Shown: positions 21,034-30,815 of the stretch, one piece after another
How the letters are laid out: every line of letters begins with the position of its first letter
Position numbering within the stretch: the stretch's first letter is position 1
Source of the DNA: Candidatus Latescibacterota bacterium
GTDB taxonomy: Bacteria; Latescibacterota; UBA2968; GCA-2709665
Assembly (NCBI GenBank): GCA_965205485.1
Contig: OZ242180.1
Location: 352,001-416,000 of the forward strand
Reading direction: 5' to 3'
DNA: 64,000 nt
The notes under the pieces: generated by a model
Database searches by the model: none
What the model saw: the letters and a program-made list of their open reading frames with translations, nothing else
Told to the model about the DNA's origin: nothing
Made by a program: the position numbers and the translations under genes

Positions 21034-22284
21034 TTACGACCTGATTGCTTCAACGGGGTCCAGCGCGGCGGCGTCTCTGGCAGGGAACAGCGTGAACAGG
21101 TAACAGATCAGGGCGGCGGAAACCGAAATCGCCAGGAAATCAGACGCCTGCATCTCCACGGGCAATGCATGGGTGATCAGGACGTCTCCCGGAATCTTCA
21201 ACAGTTCGTACCGCTGCTGCACCCAGCACAGGGCGAGCCCCAGCAGATTTCCCAGCATCACGCCGGACAGCCCGACAGCCAGGCCCTGCCAGGTAAATAT
21301 CCGTCCGATCCTGTGCGGCGGCACCCCAAGGGCCTTTAGAATGCCAATCTCCCGGCGCCTTTCCGCTACGTTCATGGTCAGTACGCTGACGATGTTGAAG
21401 CCGGCGACGACAACGATCAGCCCGATACCCAGAAAACTCGCCCACTTCTCCAGGTGAATCGAAAAATACAGATTGCCGTGGTCCCGCATCCAGGGACGCA
21501 CGATAAGCGCCGGGTCCAGCCGCCGGACCGATTCCTCAACGACCGCACTGATTTCCTGTGCCCCAAACGCATCGTCGAACCGGAGGCGGGCGCCTGTTAT
21601 CTGGCGCTCCCAACCCAGGTCCCTTCGGGCCGCGTCGAGCGAGACATACGCCAGACCGCTATCGATCTCCGGATTGCCCGAGCTGAAGATGCCGGTGACC
21701 ACGTAACGCCGGAACCGGGTCTGCGCGGCGAAGATATCCTGCGGCAGGATCCAGAGATGTACTTCCGATCCCACCCGAACGCCCAGTTGATCGGCGAGAT
21801 AGCGCCCGATCACGATCCCGAATACGCGCCCGCGGCCTTCCGTTTCCCGGGCGCCGAGATCCAGCGCGCCTCCCCATATATAGTCCGCCAGATCGCTTAC
21901 CGCCTTCAGTCCGTCCGGCGTTACGCCCCTCACCATCACACCCGCGCTATAGACGTCGTCGTCGAAGGAACGGTGCAACAGGGCGCCTTCCGAAGCCACA
22001 AATGGAGAAACGGCAGTCACCTGCGGATGGGCGGACAGCGCGTTCAGGAGTTTCCGCGGGGACTCGATCCGCTGCCCCGCCTCGTTCCTGACCGTCGCAT
22101 GCGCGTTCACGCCAAGCAACCGGTCCCATACCAGCGTTGAGAATCCGTTCGACACGGACAACACGATCACCAGCGCCGCCACGCCAAGACCTACGCCGGC
22201 AGCCGCCACCACCACCGTAAACGAGACCCGCTTCCGACGCCGCATCGAGCGAAGATACCGTCCTGCAATCAGGAACTCATACAT
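21034..22284 (-). CDS. LolC/LolE-like ABC transporter permease (MacB/FtsX fold)
   Basis: EFLIAGRYL, GVGLGVAALVIVLSVSNGF, VAGFNIVSVL, ERRREIGILKALG, LDPVEAIR. Confidence 0.88.
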   Translation of the reverse strand: MYEFLIAGRYLRSMRRRKRVSFTVVVAAAGVGLGVAALVIVLSVSNGFSTLVWDRLLGVNAHATVRNEAGQRIESPRKLLNALSAHPQVTAVSPFVASEGALLHRSFDDDVYSAGVMVRGVTPDGLKAVSDLADYIWGGALDLGARETEGRGRVFGIVIGRYLADQLGVRVGSEVHLWILPQDIFAAQTRFRRYVVTGIFSSGNPEIDSGLAYVSLDAARRDLGWERQITGARLRFDDAFGAQEISAVVEESVRRLDPALIVRPWMRDHGNLYFSIHLEKWASFLGIGLIVVVAGFNIVSVLTMNVAERRREIGILKALGVPPHRIGRIFTWQGLAVGLSGVMLGNLLGLALCWVQQRYELLKIPGDVLITHALPVEMQASDFLAISVSAALICYLFTLFPARDAAALDPVEAIRS

Positions 22285-22367
22285 CACGCATCCTTCGTCC
22301 GGGTTCGGAGACATCGCCGGGGACGACGCGGCTGCCCCGCGTGTACGGCGCCGCCGCGCGCCGCCGA

Positions 22368-23627
22368 TCACTCATAACGGATTGCATCCACCGGATCCAG
22401 GGCCGCCGCGTCCCTGGACGGAAAAAGGCTGAACAGGTAACAGATCAGTAAGGCGCACAGGGATACGAGCCCGAAATCCTCGGGGCGCATCTCCACCGGC
22501 AGCGAACTGACGTAATAGACCTCACCCGGCACCCGAATCACCTCGAATTGCTTCTGAACCCAGCAGAGCGAGAACCCAAGCAGATTCCCGATTGCGATTC
22601 CCGCAACGCCAACGACCACACCCTCCAGGGTAAAAATACGGCCGATTCGTCCCGGGATCATTCCCATTGCCTTCAGGATTCCAATTTCCCGGCGACGGTC
22701 CGTGACATTCATCGTGAGAATGCTGATGATGTTGAATCCCGCCACAACGACGATCAGGCTCAGAATGAGGAAAAACGTCCACTTCTGCAACTGGACCAAT
22801 ACGTAGAAATTCCCGAAGTTTCGAATCCACGAAGACGCGAAGAGACCGGGATGGGTCTCACGGAGGAGCTGCCTGAACGTCGCGTCCAGCCGTTCGGCCG
22901 CCATCGGATCCCGCAATCGCAATCGAATCCCGGTGACAGCGTCCCGCCAGCCCAGATCCCGCCTCGCGGCTTCAAGTGAGATATATGCGAGCCTGGAATC
23001 GAACTCGAAATAACCCGTGCTGAAGACCCCGGTCACCCGGTAACGCTGCCAACGGCGCCCGCGTTCGCCGAAAACCTCTTTGGGTACCAGGCCCAGGTAC
23101 AGGTCGTCCCCCGGGCCCGCATCCAGCCTCTGCGCAAGAACCTGGCCCACCAGGATGCCGTGAACCGCCCGTGAGCCCCTTTTCTCACGTGGACCGAGAT
23201 CAATCGTTCCGTCCCGGATGTACGTGCCGATGTCGCTGGTGCGCACGAAGGCCGACGGGTCCACACCTCGCACCAGAACGCCAGATTTCACCACAGCCCC
23301 TTTGCCCGGTTTCCGGAAGACAAAACCCTCCGCGTGAATAAACGGAGACGCCGCAAGCACTTCGGGCTGGTCTTCCAGGGTGCGGATCACTGGCTTATAG
23401 TCCGCAATGGGCTTGCGATAGGACCTGCGCACCGTCACGTGCGCGTTCACGCCCAGCAGACGCTCACGGATCATATTGGCATAACCGTTCATGACGGACA
23501 TCACGATCACCAGCGACCCCACACCCAGCGCCACGCCTACAGCCGCGATACAGATCGTAAAGGAGATTCGCCTCCTGGCGCGCAAGGACCGGAAATGCCG
23601 GCGCGCGATCATGAACTCAGGGTTCAT
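22368..23627 (-). CDS. LolC/LolE-like ABC transporter permease
   Basis: GVALGVGSLVIVMSVMNGY, VAGFNIISIL, REIGILKAMG, LDPVDAIRYE; start ATG 23627. Confidence 0.88.
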   Translation of the reverse strand: MNPEFMIARRHFRSLRARRRISFTICIAAVGVALGVGSLVIVMSVMNGYANMIRERLLGVNAHVTVRRSYRKPIADYKPVIRTLEDQPEVLAASPFIHAEGFVFRKPGKGAVVKSGVLVRGVDPSAFVRTSDIGTYIRDGTIDLGPREKRGSRAVHGILVGQVLAQRLDAGPGDDLYLGLVPKEVFGERGRRWQRYRVTGVFSTGYFEFDSRLAYISLEAARRDLGWRDAVTGIRLRLRDPMAAERLDATFRQLLRETHPGLFASSWIRNFGNFYVLVQLQKWTFFLILSLIVVVAGFNIISILTMNVTDRRREIGILKAMGMIPGRIGRIFTLEGVVVGVAGIAIGNLLGFSLCWVQKQFEVIRVPGEVYYVSSLPVEMRPEDFGLVSLCALLICYLFSLFPSRDAAALDPVDAIRYE

Positions 23628-23695
23628 CCACAGCTCCCTCCGAGTCGGCAGACCCATCGGTTGTGAAGGGCGGGAACGGCAACGCTTCCACAAAC

Positions 23696-23737
23696 AAAAA
23701 ATCCGGATCTGAAGACGAACTGCTGTTCAGATTCGGA
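23696..23737 (-). terminator. terminator-like hairpin upstream of the lolC/E-like genes
   Basis: minus strand TCCGAATCTGAA...TTCAGATCCGGA followed by TTTTTT. Confidence 0.6.
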
Positions 23738-23811
23738 ATTTGCGGTTTTATCGTCCACCCGGCGCTGGGGCACCGCCTGGACATCCTGTTCACTTGTTAA
23801 AAACGAATTCA

Positions 23812-24025
23812 GAAGTTGTATTTAAAATTACCGGTGAGTTCCCGAGCGCGAGCGAAAAAGCGGCGGTTATGAGGCGCGAGGGGCGCGCAGCGCCGACGGG
23901 AGAATCCGCCCATATACTAATGTATCGTGGCTGCGCGCCCCTCGCCACTCTTGGGTGGATTTGACCAACGCCGACCGGCGCTTTTGCAGCCGTGCGAAGA
24001 CCGCTGGGAATTTTAAAACAGCTTC
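23812..24025. mobile_element. MITE-like element, family A, copy 2
   Basis: Same ends as 24-209 with a different internal hairpin (GCGAGGGGCGCGCAGC...GCTGCGCGCCCCTCGC). Confidence 0.75.
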
Positions 24026-24775
24026 TTAGTTCAGTCCGCGAAGCCGGTTTCTCAAGATCGCGGCCTGTTCGTAACGCTCCCGTGCGACCGCCGTCTGGAT
24101 TTGTGCCAGAAGGTCTTCCCTGGCGGGAACGGGATATTGCCGCCGAATCTCCTCCTCCCAGTCCTCCAGCGTACGAAGCTCATCGCTGGATTCGAGCGAG
24201 TCGGGTTCCCCTGACCCGATCAGGAAGCTCCGAATCTCCTCGATACCCTCCCGGACCACCTCCAGTGCACCCTTGGAATCTCCATTCTGCAGACAGATTT
24301 CCCCCTTCGACCTGGTATGCACCATGAGCACACATGTTCTTGAACGCTCGAATTCACACTTTATCTCTTCATCGCCTGCGAATGTCCTCACCAGATCCAG
24401 CAGTGCCAGATTGTGCGTTGTGTCTCGCAGAACCCCTTCGTAATCGCCCAGGTGCATCAGACAGACGTACCGCTGATAGAATTGCACGCCCTCCGTCCAC
24501 AACACATTGCATGCCTGTTCATCCAGACGGAACCCTTCGTCTGAACCGTGTTGCCCCCGGTGGGCTTCCAGGCGATCCAGGTACGCATCGAGGGCCGACC
24601 CATATCCTTTGGGTGACTTGCCGTCAGGGCGACCGGTCATTTCCATCTGAAGGAGGCCCAGTTCGAAACGGACCTGGAGCTTTTCCCTTCCGTCGATTCC
24701 CACGATCTTTCTGGCGCAGGTCTTTTGAGGATCGAAGATCCAGCGTTTGAAAATCGGTGACAGATCCTGTTCCAC
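24026..24775 (-). CDS. UvrB/UvrC (UVR) motif-containing hypothetical protein
   Basis: C-terminal AVARERYEQAAILRNRL UVR motif; DGREKLQVRFELGLLQMEMTGRPDG N-terminal block. Confidence 0.75.
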   Translation of the reverse strand: MEQDLSPIFKRWIFDPQKTCARKIVGIDGREKLQVRFELGLLQMEMTGRPDGKSPKGYGSALDAYLDRLEAHRGQHGSDEGFRLDEQACNVLWTEGVQFYQRYVCLMHLGDYEGVLRDTTHNLALLDLVRTFAGDEEIKCEFERSRTCVLMVHTRSKGEICLQNGDSKGALEVVREGIEEIRSFLIGSGEPDSLESSDELRTLEDWEEEIRRQYPVPAREDLLAQIQTAVARERYEQAAILRNRLRGLN

Positions 24776-24855
24776 AATAAAATCTCAATTCGAAAAAAAG
24801 ATAAGCGCCAAATTGGCCACAAAAAGCCTGTATGCGGGTAGAGAGAAGAAAAAAT

Positions 24856-24978
24856 GCGGGGAGACGGGAGACGTAAGAGACGACCTGCCTCGTTGGGTTT
24901 CAAATTATGCCGGAGGCATAGAGGAGGAACAGATCGGCAAGGATTTCTTCTCCCGGCTTCCGTCTCACCTCTTCCCGC
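24856..24978. repeat. heptamer-periodic inverted-repeat element 2
   Basis: GGGAGAC GGGAGAC GTAAGAG ... TTCTCCC GGCTTCC GTCTCAC CTCTTCC; inner CTGCC...GGCAAGGA shared with element 1. Confidence 0.65.
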
Positions 24979-24985
24979 CTCTGGA

Positions 24986-25103
24986 AGAATATACAAATGG
25001 CTGTTTAAAGTCAACCCGTTTCGCCGGGCTTCCCGCGGTCGCAATCCGGAATATGCGTAGTGAAGTCGTTTTTCTTGACAAGGACTTTCCGGCTAAGTAT
25101 TTT
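24986..25103. promoter_or_regulatory. divergent sigma70-type promoters (UVR protein / rsgA)
   Basis: minus TTGACT(25014-25009)-17-TATTCT; plus TTGACA(25075)-17-TATTTT. Confidence 0.55.
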
Positions 25104-25231
25104 CCGTGCCCGGCGACCCACGACTCGATGACTCACATCAACCATAAACCGTCTTTTTTCAGCACGTTGGAAAGTCCAGGATTCCCGGCGCAACAGGCGA
25201 ATCGGAACACCATCAACTGTCCGGAACCGCT

Positions 25232-26191
25232 ATGGAGCACATCGAAGGCATCGTCATCAGGGAACACCGGAGGCACTACTATGTCGCCGCCGAAAACCGG
25301 GTGCTGGACTGTGCCGTCTCGAGCAAATTGAGAAAACAGCTTCACTATCCCGAAGCGGCGCCCGGTTCACGGAGAAAGCGGGTACAGGCCGTCCGACGCA
25401 CGCGAGTCGTGGATCCCGTCGCCATCGGCGACCGGGTACGCATTGATACAGGAGAAGGAAATACCGGTCTGATCCGTGAGATTCTGCCGAGGCGGAACAA
25501 GATATCCAGACGGGCATCCGGCAGTTCACGGAAAGAGCAGATCCTGGCCGCCAACATCGACCAGCTCATCCCGGTCTTTTCCGTGGCGGAACCGCCTCCG
25601 GACTGGCGTATGCTCGACCGTATGCTGGCCGTCGCGGAATGGTGTGAGATCCCGGCCGCCGTCTGTCTCAACAAACTGGATCTGCCCTGCCCCGCCGCGT
25701 TCGAGACGACGGCTTCGATTTACGAAGAAATCGGCTACCCGGTTGTTTATACGAGCGTCATTTCCAACAGAGGCGAGGAAGCGTTCCTGGACCTTCTCAG
25801 GAATCGGATTTCGCTCTTCATGGGACCTTCGGGAGTGGGTAAATCCAGCCTGCTCAACTGGCTGCAGCCCGGACTCGAGCTGCGGACGAGCGAAGTCAGC
25901 GAGACCACCGGAGAAGGCCGTCACACGACCACCCACACGGAACTCGTCGAACTGGAAGCCGGCGGCATGGTCGGCGATCTGCCGGGCATGAGGGAATTCC
26001 ACCTTTGGGAAGTCGATACGGAAGAAATCCCCGGGCTCTTTCCGGAATTTCGGAACCTCTCCGGACACTGCCGATTCCGAGACTGCACCCACGTCGGCGA
26101 GCCGGGCTGCATCGTCAGGGATGCAGTGGACCGCGAGGAAGTTTCCCGCCAGCGATACGAATCGTACCTCCAGCTCCGCAAGAATCCCTGA
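25232..26191 (+). CDS. rsgA: ribosome small subunit-dependent GTPase A
   Basis: AANIDQ, NKLD, GPSGVGKSS, GRHTTT, DLPG, CRFRDCTHVGEPGC zinc finger. Confidence 0.95.
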   Translation: MEHIEGIVIREHRRHYYVAAENRVLDCAVSSKLRKQLHYPEAAPGSRRKRVQAVRRTRVVDPVAIGDRVRIDTGEGNTGLIREILPRRNKISRRASGSSRKEQILAANIDQLIPVFSVAEPPPDWRMLDRMLAVAEWCEIPAAVCLNKLDLPCPAAFETTASIYEEIGYPVVYTSVISNRGEEAFLDLLRNRISLFMGPSGVGKSSLLNWLQPGLELRTSEVSETTGEGRHTTTHTELVELEAGGMVGDLPGMREFHLWEVDTEEIPGLFPEFRNLSGHCRFRDCTHVGEPGCIVRDAVDREEVSRQRYESYLQLRKNP

Positions 26192-26217
26192 AGCAACCGG
26201 GAAACCGCGGTTCGAAC

Positions 26218-27279
26218 CTACCCGTATTTCTCCCTAAGCTGTCGCGCGGCCCCTGCCTCGTTGCGCAGTTTGGCGAAAGCCTCTTCAACGGGGATCTCCG
26301 CCGCATTGCCCGGGGCAAAGCCGCAGTCGGGATTCAGGAGTATCTGTTCCGGACGCAGGAATTCCAGAGCCATTTCCACCCGATGCGCAATCTCGGCAAC
26401 CGGATCGATGCTGGGAGACCTGCAGTCCACACAACCCAATCCCACCTGCCTGTCTTGCGGGATCTGTTCCAATACGTCCACATCGCCCGCGGCGGGGACG
26501 GTAAATTCCATTACGTATTGATCCACGTTCAATCGCAGCAGGGCGGACAGAATCGGTCCGTATCCGCCCTCGCCGACCCAGCCGGCCCGGCCCTTGTTTC
26601 TCCGGCACAGATGCACGGCCAGGGCCAAACCGTCAACGCCGTCCACAATCTGATTCAGGAGATCCACGCAAAGGTCCACCTCCCGGTCCGGGTTCTCGTA
26701 CTTTCCGCGAACATCGGGATCCACAAACAGACAGAGATGCGGATCGTCGAACTGGACCACGTCGGCGCCCGCGTCCCGCAGCAGCAGCAGTTCGCCCCTC
26801 AGAATCGGCACCAGCGCGCGCATAAACGCCTCGCGCGTGGGATACGCGTCAATCGAACGTTGCGGATGCCACATCCGCTGGCCCAGCAGATAGGGAGAAG
26901 GCAGACACACCTTGATGGCTTTACCGGTCCGCGCCTTCAGATATTTCGCCTCTGCCGCGGCAAGACCCGTCCGTTTCGCTTCGACGGGTTCCACGACCGT
27001 GTGCCACCAGAGTCCTTCCTTCCGTTCGCGCACGAACCCGTCCGCGACGTCGGCTATAATGCCGATATAGGAACGGCGGCGGTACTCCCCGTCGGAAACG
27101 ATGTCCAGCCCGGCGGCCTCCTGCAACGCCAGAACGTAGTCAACGGCGGCATCCATCCGGACGGAAAACTCGTCGGGATCATGAGGCGCTTTACCGGGGT
27201 CCAGCAAATCGCGCACAAACTGCGACCGGGGCATGCTCCCGACGACGCCCGCGGGGAATAGAACCGGGTTGCTTCCCAA
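26218..27279 (-). CDS. cobalamin-independent methionine synthase catalytic-domain (MetE-II/core) family protein
   Basis: VGSMPR, SDGEYRR, QFDDP, HLC and PDCG zinc ligands; single barrel. Confidence 0.85.
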   Translation of the reverse strand: MGSNPVLFPAGVVGSMPRSQFVRDLLDPGKAPHDPDEFSVRMDAAVDYVLALQEAAGLDIVSDGEYRRRSYIGIIADVADGFVRERKEGLWWHTVVEPVEAKRTGLAAAEAKYLKARTGKAIKVCLPSPYLLGQRMWHPQRSIDAYPTREAFMRALVPILRGELLLLRDAGADVVQFDDPHLCLFVDPDVRGKYENPDREVDLCVDLLNQIVDGVDGLALAVHLCRRNKGRAGWVGEGGYGPILSALLRLNVDQYVMEFTVPAAGDVDVLEQIPQDRQVGLGCVDCRSPSIDPVAEIAHRVEMALEFLRPEQILLNPDCGFAPGNAAEIPVEEAFAKLRNEAGAARQLREKYG

Positions 27280-27280
27280 A

Positions 27281-28045
27281 CTACCACTCCTCCCGTGCGA
27301 TTCGAAAATCCTGATTCGTATCGATCTCCATGTACCCTCCGTCCGTCTCCATCAGATGGATCGGGATTTCCGCGTCCAGCATCTCCTGGTACAGGTCGAT
27401 CAGGAACGCCTTCTGAAAGGTGGCGGCCGATTGAAAGGGCCGGCCGTTGTACAACGCCTTTGCCCGGTGATACGCATCCCGCAACTGCACGGTTCCGTCC
27501 GGTCCGAAACGGGCGATACCCGTGTACTCGCCGTGGGCGATTTCGCCAGGCACGTTCCTCCCGATCGCCACCACCCGGTTGCCTACGCTGGCCATCTTCT
27601 CCGCATCGGTCTCCGGATGCTCGCTCCGCTTCTGATATCGGGTACGCCACGCCGTGTCGCAGACCAGCGTGATCTCGTGCAAACTGCGCATCAGGTTCGA
27701 GACAATCTCCGGTCTGTAGAGAATATCCGAATAGACGCAGACGAAGCCATCGTCCATATGAAACTCCGCGTGCATCAGCGAAATCAGGATATTGTTGTTG
27801 GGCCAGTCCGCATTGTGACAAAACGTAAGGCCGGGATACCCGGTCTGCACCTGTTCGATGCGGTAGCCGCCGACGAACACGATCTCGCGCAGACCGGCCG
27901 AACGTAGGGCGTCGAGGCCCCAATCCAGAATGCGCCGGCCCTTCACTTCGGCGAGGCATTTCGGCGCGTTCTTCGTGTGCGGCATCAGGCGCATTCCTCG
28001 TCCCGCACCGATGATGATCGCTTTCAACGTCTGAAACCCTTTCAC
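27281..28045 (-). CDS. phosphocholine cytidylyltransferase (LicC)-like nucleotidyltransferase
   Basis: AIIIGAGRGMRLMPHT..PKCL, YSDILY, EIDT..D. Confidence 0.8.
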   Translation of the reverse strand: MKGFQTLKAIIIGAGRGMRLMPHTKNAPKCLAEVKGRRILDWGLDALRSAGLREIVFVGGYRIEQVQTGYPGLTFCHNADWPNNNILISLMHAEFHMDDGFVCVYSDILYRPEIVSNLMRSLHEITLVCDTAWRTRYQKRSEHPETDAEKMASVGNRVVAIGRNVPGEIAHGEYTGIARFGPDGTVQLRDAYHRAKALYNGRPFQSAATFQKAFLIDLYQEMLDAEIPIHLMETDGGYMEIDTNQDFRIAREEW

Positions 28046-29004
28046 TAAACCGCTTCAGGAAAAACCCGGGACAAAAATAAAGCCAGAAAGCGACTGGCGT
28101 CTACATCCAACGCGCATCTGACCGGCAACCCCTTACGGTCCCCGTCCACCGTGAACGACCGCCGGTCGGCCACGACCTGTCCCGCGGTGAGATCACCCTC
28201 TGTCTCCACGTCCGCGAATACCGTCTCGAATCGGAAAATGGACGGATCCGTCGCCAGCGCAACGGCCAATGGATCGTGAAGAAAAAACCGGCGCCCCGCC
28301 TGTAGCCGCATGGCAAGATCCATGGCCGGCCGCACCGCTTCCTTCACAAATCGGCCCTCCGGCGTTGCAGGCATCTCCGCAAGGTGCGTTGCCGCCAGCG
28401 CCACCCGATGCGTCACGTCCAGCGGCGCCAATTTAATACTTGCACCGGAACGAACGACCTGCCTCGCGGCATCGGGGTCCGCGAAGAAATTGAATTCGGC
28501 CACGGCCGTAACGTTACCGGGCTCGTCAACGGCGCCGCCCATCACGCACACCTCCCGGGCTTTTCTCAACACTCCGGGCGCCCGCGCTTCCGCCAGGGCC
28601 AGGTTGGTCAACGGCCCGACGGCGATCAACGTCACCTCCCCCGGCCGTGTCGAAAGGGTTTCAATCATAAACGAGACCGCGTCACCCGATGGCGAGCGGT
28701 CCGGCAACGGCAGTGCGGAATCCCCAAGTCCTCCGGGACCGTGTACCTCGGTCGCGTAAACGGCTTCCTTCCGGAGAGGACCTTCAGCGCCGCTGTATAC
28801 CGGAATCCCGCCGCGACCGAGCAAATCCAGCACCTTCAGCGCGTTCCCGGTTCCAATGTCGAGCGGCACGTTGCCGCTCACGGTGCAGATTCCAAGCACG
28901 TCCAGTTCGGGGGAGCCCAGCGCCAGCATGATGGCCAAGGCGTCGTCGACACCCGGATCCGCATCCAAAATCACCGGCCGGCTGTCGGATGACTCAAACC
29001 CCAT
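28045..29004 (-). CDS. inosine/uridine-preferring nucleoside hydrolase
   Basis: DADPGVDD, GPLTNLA, MGG, AEFNFFADP, HDP. Confidence 0.93.
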   Translation of the reverse strand: MGFESSDSRPVILDADPGVDDALAIMLALGSPELDVLGICTVSGNVPLDIGTGNALKVLDLLGRGGIPVYSGAEGPLRKEAVYATEVHGPGGLGDSALPLPDRSPSGDAVSFMIETLSTRPGEVTLIAVGPLTNLALAEARAPGVLRKAREVCVMGGAVDEPGNVTAVAEFNFFADPDAARQVVRSGASIKLAPLDVTHRVALAATHLAEMPATPEGRFVKEAVRPAMDLAMRLQAGRRFFLHDPLAVALATDPSIFRFETVFADVETEGDLTAGQVVADRRSFTVDGDRKGLPVRCALDVDASRFLALFLSRVFPEAV

Positions 29005-30505
29005 ACAGCGGTCCGAACTTTGCCTTCAGGTGCGTCATCAATGCCCGGTGACCCAGGGGTTCCCCTGAAACCTCCTCCACCAGTTCCGTTGCCCGGTAGT
29101 GCATCCCGTGCCGGTGGATCCTTTCCCTCAGCCAACTCAGCAGCGGGTTGAACTCGCCGTCTGCAAACTGCCCTTTGAGATCGCCCAGGTCCCTGCGGGC
29201 CGCTTCGAAAAACTGAGCGGCATACAGATTTCCCAACGCATAGGTCGGGAAATAACCGATCAGTCCGGCGCTCCAGTGCACGTCCTGAAGACATCCGTGC
29301 GCATCGTCCGGCGGTCTCAATCCGAAATCCCGCTCGAACCGCTCGTTCCACGCGCCGGGAACGTCCGCTACCGCCAGATCGCCCTCCACGAGCGCCTCCT
29401 CCAGCGCGAATCGCAGCATAATGTGCAAATTGTACGTGGCCTCGTCCGCTTCCACCCGGATAAACGACGGCCGCACGTCGTTGACCGCGAAATAAAACGC
29501 ATCCGGTGAGACATCCGCCAGAGCCGCGGGAAACACGTCCCGCGCTTTCGGGAAGAAATGCGTCCAGAACGCCCTGCAGCGCCCCACGAAATTCTCCCAC
29601 ATGCGGGACTGGGACTCGTGAATTCCCAGAGACACTGCATCTCCCATCGGCGTTCCCGAATGCGCGTCATCCAGTCCCTGGTCATACAGGCCGTGACCCG
29701 CCTCGTGCAGCGTTCCGAAGAAAGCCTGCGCAAACCGGTTGCGATTGTACCTGGTGGTTATTCTCGTATCTCCGGGGCCGATCCCGGTACAGAATGGATG
29801 TACGGTCTCGTCCAGTCGCCCTCGCTCGAAGTCGAACCCGATGGCCGCAGCCGCCGCGATTCCGAATGCGGTCTGATCCGCAATGGGATAGTCGCGTGTC
29901 AGAATCGACGCGTCCGGCGCCCTTCCGGAATCCACAATGGCCGCGACCAGCGGGGCCAGTTCGTCACGGAACGCGCCGAAAACCCTCTTGAGATTCTGCG
30001 AGGTCTCTCCGGGTTCAAACCGGTCCAGGAGCGCGTCGTATGCCGAGCCTCCGGTCTTTAGCGCCTCCGCCGCCTCCCTGGTGAGCCGCAACACCTCCTC
30101 CAGGTGCGGCCGGAACGTCTCGAACGCCGATTTCTCACGCGCCTCCTGCCAGGCCTGCTCCGCCAGCGTGGTCGCCTTCGCCAGCGCCACCACCAGAGAC
30201 CGCGGCAACTTCGTCCGCCTGTCGTATTCACGCCGGATTTCCCTGACGTTAACGGCGGGCGCCGAATCCGGCGTGAATTGCTCGTCGCCTTCCTCGATGC
30301 GCGACAGCAATTCGCCAATCTCGGGCGCCGTCGCACGCTCGTGCGCAAGGCCGGCAAGCAACGCGTGCTGCTCGGCGCGGTGCGCGGCGGCGCCGCGGGG
30401 CATGTAGGTGCGTTCGTCCCACCCCAGCACGGCCGCGCAGGACTGGATCAACTGGAGTTCCTTCCAACGGCCGACGAGGTCCTCGTAAGCCCGCTGCATG
30501 GACAT
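28994..30505 (-). CDS. carboxypeptidase M32 (Taq-like)
   Basis: WDERTYMP, HPF, HEAGH, HESQS, IRVEADE, GYFPTYALG. Confidence 0.96.
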   Translation of the reverse strand: MSMQRAYEDLVGRWKELQLIQSCAAVLGWDERTYMPRGAAAHRAEQHALLAGLAHERATAPEIGELLSRIEEGDEQFTPDSAPAVNVREIRREYDRRTKLPRSLVVALAKATTLAEQAWQEAREKSAFETFRPHLEEVLRLTREAAEALKTGGSAYDALLDRFEPGETSQNLKRVFGAFRDELAPLVAAIVDSGRAPDASILTRDYPIADQTAFGIAAAAAIGFDFERGRLDETVHPFCTGIGPGDTRITTRYNRNRFAQAFFGTLHEAGHGLYDQGLDDAHSGTPMGDAVSLGIHESQSRMWENFVGRCRAFWTHFFPKARDVFPAALADVSPDAFYFAVNDVRPSFIRVEADEATYNLHIMLRFALEEALVEGDLAVADVPGAWNERFERDFGLRPPDDAHGCLQDVHWSAGLIGYFPTYALGNLYAAQFFEAARRDLGDLKGQFADGEFNPLLSWLRERIHRHGMHYRATELVEEVSGEPLGHRALMTHLKAKFGPLYGV

Positions 30506-30547
30506 TATACTTCTCCCTTTACCGACGACCCTTTCGAATGCCGCCGC

Positions 30548-30643
30548 AATCTAACCTACGCCACGTCTACGGTCAAGCGGATTCACCATATACACCGATA
30601 CCACGGGCCTGACATTGACAATCATGGCTGTACGGGATATATT
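30548..30643. promoter_or_regulatory. divergent sigma70-type promoters (M32 operon / selenoprotein)
   Basis: minus TTGACC(30576-30571)-17-TAGATT; plus TTGACA(30615)-17-TATATT. Confidence 0.6.
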
Positions 30644-30648
30644 AGAAA

Positions 30649-30787
30649 GCGAGGAGTGGAGAGCCAAGAGAGAGAAAAGAGGAGTGAGGAAATGCAGATC
30701 GGGAGCCGCGGTAGGGTAGAGAAGCGAGAGGCCCTCGACCCTCTCTTTTCTCACTACTCTCCGCTCTCTCCTCGACTTTCTTCTCTT
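30649..30787. repeat. heptamer-periodic purine/pyrimidine inverted-repeat element 3
   Basis: GCGAGGA GTGGAGA GCCAAGA GAGAGAA AAGAGGA GTGAGGA ... complementary CT-rich arm. Confidence 0.6.
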
Positions 30788-30815
30788 TCATCCGCACACG
30801 TCAAGGAGGCGCTGC

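Noticed and set aside
23740..23800. Known riboswitch upstream of the lolC/E-like genes
   Set aside because: No match by eye to fluoride, guanidine, cobalamin or c-di-GMP consensus; kept only as an unassigned hairpin
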